Positions 25,878 through 28,912 of a DNA stretch of 28,912 bases are shown in pieces. A program made the position numbers and the translations under genes. Location of the stretch: IMG/VR virus record IMGVR_UViG_3300017909_001121, positions 1 to 28,912 of that record. One strand, 5' to 3'. The DNA is from a virus. Lineage: Duplodnaviria; Caudoviricetes. Positions within the stretch are counted from its first letter, which is position 1. Each line of letters opens with the position of its first letter. The notes beneath the pieces were generated by a model. That model was not told the DNA's origin. It ran no database searches and saw only the letters and a program-made list of their open reading frames with translations.

Positions 25878-25954
25878 TGGCCGGCTCGAAGAGATTCGAA
25901 CTCCTGACCTCCAGTTCCGCAAACTGGCGTTCTATCCAACTGAACTACGAGCCG
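25878..25954 (-). tRNA. tRNA-Arg, anticodon GCG
   Basis: Full cloverleaf: acceptor CGGCTCG/CGAGCCG, D arm GTTC/GAAC with A20, anticodon arm CCAGT-TTGCGGA-ACTGG, T loop TTCGAAT, discriminator G, encoded CCA. Confidence 0.93.
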
Positions 25955-25961
25955 TAGTATT

Positions 25962-25990
25962 ACATTATAACATTTTGCTGAGAAAGTCAA
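25962..25990 (-). promoter_or_regulatory. Sigma70-type promoter for the tRNA
   Basis: TTGACT at 25985-25990 and an extended -10 TGnTATAAT at 25964-25972 (15-nt spacer; alternative -10 TAATGT at 17 nt). Confidence 0.65.
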
Positions 25991-25993
25991 GAG

Positions 25994-26020
25994 AAAAAAA
26001 TAGGCCCCGAAGGGCCTATT
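25994..26020 (-). terminator. Rho-independent terminator with cUUCGg tetraloop
   Basis: AATAGGCCC-TTCG-GGGCCTATT running into a T7 tract on the minus strand. Confidence 0.9.
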
Positions 26021-26043
26021 CTAAAAACGTTAGTTAGTGTAAA

Positions 26044-26289
26044 TTACACTAAATTTTTCGCCATTGCTCTGTAACCAGCGGCTACAACTGCTCTTGACGG
26101 AGTACCAAGTCTGTATTTCTTAGTACCGTTTTTCTTTGTGTTAAGATACACAGGGTAACCTGCAAATCTTAAAGATTGGATAACTGCTTGTGGATTACCA
26201 GCCTTGAACTTACTAGCGATTTGGCTAGATGTTAGTTCTTGACCGCTTTTCAGTGCAGTTAAAACTGAATCTTGAATAGTATTTTTCAT
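26044..26289 (-). CDS. Small basic winged-helix DNA-binding protein
   Basis: VLTALKSGQELTSSQIASKF...NPQAVIQSLRFAGYPVY...KKYRLG fits an HTH plus wing. Has its own promoter, a strong SD and a terminator. Confidence 0.75.
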   Translation of the reverse strand: MKNTIQDSVLTALKSGQELTSSQIASKFKAGNPQAVIQSLRFAGYPVYLNTKKNGTKKYRLGTPSRAVVAAGYRAMAKNLV

Positions 26290-26323
26290 AAGATATCTCC
26301 TTAAAGTTTAAAATACAATTATT

Positions 26324-26352
26324 ACTATAACAAAAAAATCTAATAAAGTCAA
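26324..26352 (-). promoter_or_regulatory. Sigma70-type promoter
   Basis: TTGACT-17 nt-TATAGT with an extended -10 TG. Confidence 0.78.
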
Positions 26353-26367
26353 GTGTTTGTTTGCCAA

Positions 26368-26964
26368 TTACACAAAATCGGGGCCATGAACCCAACCAAC
26401 TAGTGATCGTCTTATGCCTTTGGTAACTGGTGTAACCTTGTGTGGTAGGAAACTTGGAAAGAAACAAATTTGATTATACTGTAGATCACAATCAATACCT
26501 TTGTAATCTACATCTAGCATTAATTTACCACCTTCAAATTCTTTTGGATCATTTAAAAGCAAACTAAAACTAATTTTTCTAGTATCATTATTCTGTCCTT
26601 TCAATGCCGAATCACAATGAGTGACATAATGTCCTTTTTTATCTCCTGTGTACACACTATATTGGCAAGGCTCCAAATAGGTAATAGCATATTTGTATAA
26701 TGTGTTATTAGCATAATGAACTGCATCACCCAACTTTTGGTATATGTCAGGGAAACGCCTAGTGTCAATCCAACTTATATCTGTAGAACGTATTTCTTTT
26801 TTAAAGTCACCTTCGTCATCAGTAATATATTGAGCAGGTTCTAAAGGCATTTCTGTTTTGGTATATTCGTCTAGTTGTTTTATATCTTCTTCGCTTAAAA
26901 CATTATCTAGTTTAAAGTGTGGAAATGGATTGCTATTAATAATTGGTGGTATTAAATTAAACAT
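26368..26964 (-). CDS. 2OG-Fe(II) oxygenase (PKHD/prolyl-hydroxylase-like)
   Basis: HYVTHCD, RKISFSLLL, FEGGKL and FPSFLPHKVTPVTKGIRRSLVGW. Confidence 0.9.
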   Translation of the reverse strand: MFNLIPPIINSNPFPHFKLDNVLSEEDIKQLDEYTKTEMPLEPAQYITDDEGDFKKEIRSTDISWIDTRRFPDIYQKLGDAVHYANNTLYKYAITYLEPCQYSVYTGDKKGHYVTHCDSALKGQNNDTRKISFSLLLNDPKEFEGGKLMLDVDYKGIDCDLQYNQICFFPSFLPHKVTPVTKGIRRSLVGWVHGPDFV

Positions 26965-27472
26965 TTGTTGCTCTTACTTGTATAGTTACTCTTGTTTGTT
27001 TTGCCCAAGGCGTAATGCTGGTAACTCCATGCATTATAGGTTTGTCCATTTTATTAATTAAAATCATTTTATTGAACGTAGGTTCTTCTGCTATTGTCTT
27101 GCCCAAATCTCTATATACAAATAAACCTCCGTCTGTAAAAGACCAATCTTGGTTAAGGTATATAGTTGCACTTGCTCCATAACCTGCGTCGTCATGCCAA
27201 TCTAACATTGTATTTCTATTCCAAAGATACACGTATGATTTAAATGTATAATCTTTTAGTCTAGGATCAACTTCAAGTATCATTTGTTTGAGTTGATCGT
27301 TGAACTCGTCGATTGGTGTCATTTGAAAACTATTCATACCTTCGTGTACAATTTGATCTACACTATGACTGGTACTCCAACAAAATTCATTGTCTTGAAT
27401 CTTGTTTCTAATATGCTCTGCAACTTTTTCTATTAAGTCTTGCGGTAAAAAATTTTCTTTAATTGTAATCAT
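26957..27472 (-). CDS. 2OG-Fe(II) oxygenase (prolyl 4-hydroxylase-like)
   Basis: WHDD, ATIYLN.DW...GGLF, HGVT and RVTIQ. Confidence 0.85.
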   Translation of the reverse strand: MITIKENFLPQDLIEKVAEHIRNKIQDNEFCWSTSHSVDQIVHEGMNSFQMTPIDEFNDQLKQMILEVDPRLKDYTFKSYVYLWNRNTMLDWHDDAGYGASATIYLNQDWSFTDGGLFVYRDLGKTIAEEPTFNKMILINKMDKPIMHGVTSITPWAKQTRVTIQVRATNV

Positions 27473-27759
27473 AGCAACGTTTTTAAAAACCCTATTCCAT
27501 CTATTCCTAAGTATATAATATACATAAGTGTAAAACCAAACGATTTACGGCTCAATGCCGCACCCATTAACAATACACTAGCAATAATAAAAAATATGTA
27601 GGCATAAAACATTGGAGGATTTGGTGAGTACCACATCAGTATAATACTTGCTATAAGATTTGAAATCATACCCACTACTTCGCATAAAAATCTCTGTGGA
27701 TTAGATTTGTAATCTTCGCTGATCCAACCTAATACTGTCTTCCTACCTACTCTGGCCAT
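27469..27759 (-). CDS. Membrane protein, three TM helices
   Basis: Three hydrophobic segments; overlaps both neighbours. Confidence 0.7.
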   Translation of the reverse strand: MARVGRKTVLGWISEDYKSNPQRFLCEVVGMISNLIASIILMWYSPNPPMFYAYIFFIIASVLLMGAALSRKSFGFTLMYIIYLGIDGIGFLKTLL

Positions 27760-28435
27760 CCCCCTCTTTCTTGTCCTGATTTGCTTGTACCCAATAACTT
27801 CTTGCTACCATATCACAAAACCTTTGAAATTGAATTCCTAGTCTTGCAGTTTTTATTAATAAACAAGCATCAGTATTTCCTGTGTTTTTAATTGTGTATT
27901 TCTGTTTAGGATTTAATAGTAATGTCATACCTTCTACATATCCTATTTCACTACCGTCTTCCATAATTAATCTACAATCTCTTCCTGGCATCTTCATAGC
28001 AGTATGCATTGGTAAGTCATCTTCTATTAAATCAAAGACTGTATCACCTTGAAAGTTATGATCCTGGGTAGGACCAATTTCTTCACCCGGTTCAATCCAT
28101 AAGTATTTTGCAAAGCCAAATGTTTCACAAGGCACACAATTTTTTAACCAGTCATACGTAACAGGTATATCTTTAGCAATAGGTCTAAAACTATTTGTAT
28201 GATATAAAAATAATTCTTTCTTATCTTGTGCCTTCATCTTATCCATTTCAACTCTGCCCATAAAGTATTGTCCTATAGGAACATAGTCTGGTGGGTTGAC
28301 ACTTCTAAATGATATATTTAACCAAGGAACATTATTAGTAATCATTTGATCAAAGAACCATTTAGTGACTGCAAATCCTTGTTGTTGATCTACATCTTTT
28401 GGTATTACAGGTAATGAGTATGTAGGTCCTTTCAC
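27743..28435 (-). CDS. Aspartyl/asparaginyl beta-hydroxylase-like cupin with degenerate active site
   Basis: LWIEPGEEIGPTQD...GMTLLLN...YTIKNTGNTD follows the AspH-like pattern but lacks the His ligands. Confidence 0.55.
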   Translation of the reverse strand: MKGPTYSLPVIPKDVDQQQGFAVTKWFFDQMITNNVPWLNISFRSVNPPDYVPIGQYFMGRVEMDKMKAQDKKELFLYHTNSFRPIAKDIPVTYDWLKNCVPCETFGFAKYLWIEPGEEIGPTQDHNFQGDTVFDLIEDDLPMHTAMKMPGRDCRLIMEDGSEIGYVEGMTLLLNPKQKYTIKNTGNTDACLLIKTARLGIQFQRFCDMVARSYWVQANQDKKEGDGQSR

Positions 28436-28590
28436 TTTCTTTTTTCCTTTGCTAACATTCTTTGATATCTATACAGTTCTTCTTTGACAGTAGTAATTTT
28501 CTGTGCTTTGGTTTTTGATTTTGCCAACCTATGTATTTCCTGTGTTTTTTGTTCTATGGCTTGCTCTAAAGCCTTAATCATATTAGACAT
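28432..28590 (-). CDS. 52-aa basic helical protein (not in ORF track)
   Basis: MSNMIKALEQAIEQKTQEIHRL...KEKRK, with an AAAGG SD and a GTGA overlap with the next gene. Confidence 0.6.
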   Translation of the reverse strand: MSNMIKALEQAIEQKTQEIHRLAKSKTKAQKITTVKEELYRYQRMLAKEKRK

Positions 28591-28912
28591 AATAACCTTT
28601 ACATATAAATTGTGTTCTTACTCTGTGCGAAACTTTCAATTGTTCTATTATATTAATAATTACCTTTCCTGTATCTTCTAAAGACGTATAGTGAGTCAGT
28701 TGTTTATCAAGTGTTCGCTGAGATCCTGTAGGGCCAAGTTCTACAAATGCTACACTACATTTGGATTCTTCTAGTAATATACTATCCCAAAATTGTTTAT
28801 ATCTTTGATAATATCTGTGTGCATCTGTTTCTATCTCTTTTGGATTAAAAGTAATCCGTGCTTGGTTGAAAGATGCTATGTTAATAAGTTGTATTGGTTT
28901 ATGTTTGTATAA
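28583..28912 (-). CDS. 3' part of a protein, possibly short-chain dehydrogenase-like (start outside window)
   Basis: Open frame of 110 codons: IQLINIAS...YYQRYK...SVAFVELGPTGS, loosely matching the SDR NxxS/YxxxK/VxPG pattern. Confidence 0.5.
   Translation of the reverse strand, partial: LYKHKPIQLINIASFNQARITFNPKEIETDAHRYYQRYKQFWDSILLEESKCSVAFVELGPTGSQRTLDKQLTHYTSLEDTGKVIINIIEQLKVSHRVRTQFICKGYYV

Noticed and set aside
25766-26467. ORFs 25766-25957, 25822-26037 and 26225-26467
   Set aside because: They overlap the tRNA, terminator, promoter or wHTH gene.
1-28912. CRISPR array, integrase/att site, transposase, DGR, intron/intein or stop-codon recoding
   Set aside because: No spaced repeats, recombinase or reverse transcriptase motifs were seen. 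Recognised genes are full-length under the standard code, with TAA, TAG and TGA all used as stops.

Overview
AT-rich, densely coding segment of a large T4-like (myovirus) bacteriophage genome, most similar in style to marine/aquatic phages. No host can be assigned from this window alone. It has three kinds of content. (1) Virion tail/baseplate proteins: a gp9/gp10-type N-terminus fibre, a 2160-aa protein ending in a peptidase G2-type chaperone, an oppositely oriented cassette with an S74-chaperone fibre plus adhesin, and a 372-aa fibre-like protein. (2) Auxiliary genes: IscA/HesB, eukaryote-like Cu/Zn SOD, UvsE, GH73 glucosaminidase, a glycosyltransferase, QueD and six 2OG-Fe(II)/cupin-fold proteins. 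(3) ATP-dependent DNA ligase, a PvuII-like PD-(D/E)xK nuclease, a small wHTH protein and an unusual tRNA-Arg(GCG). The most striking signals are regulatory. The queD leader, behind a perfect sigma70 promoter, can fold into an H-type pseudoknot that hides the Shine-Dalgarno (candidate new riboswitch or cis-regulatory RNA). TAAATA late promoters sit 4-5 nt before ATG at five genes, implying leaderless mRNAs. Mini-ORFs at sigma70 start sites are coupled to downstream genes. All family calls are by motif recognition; no database searches were run.
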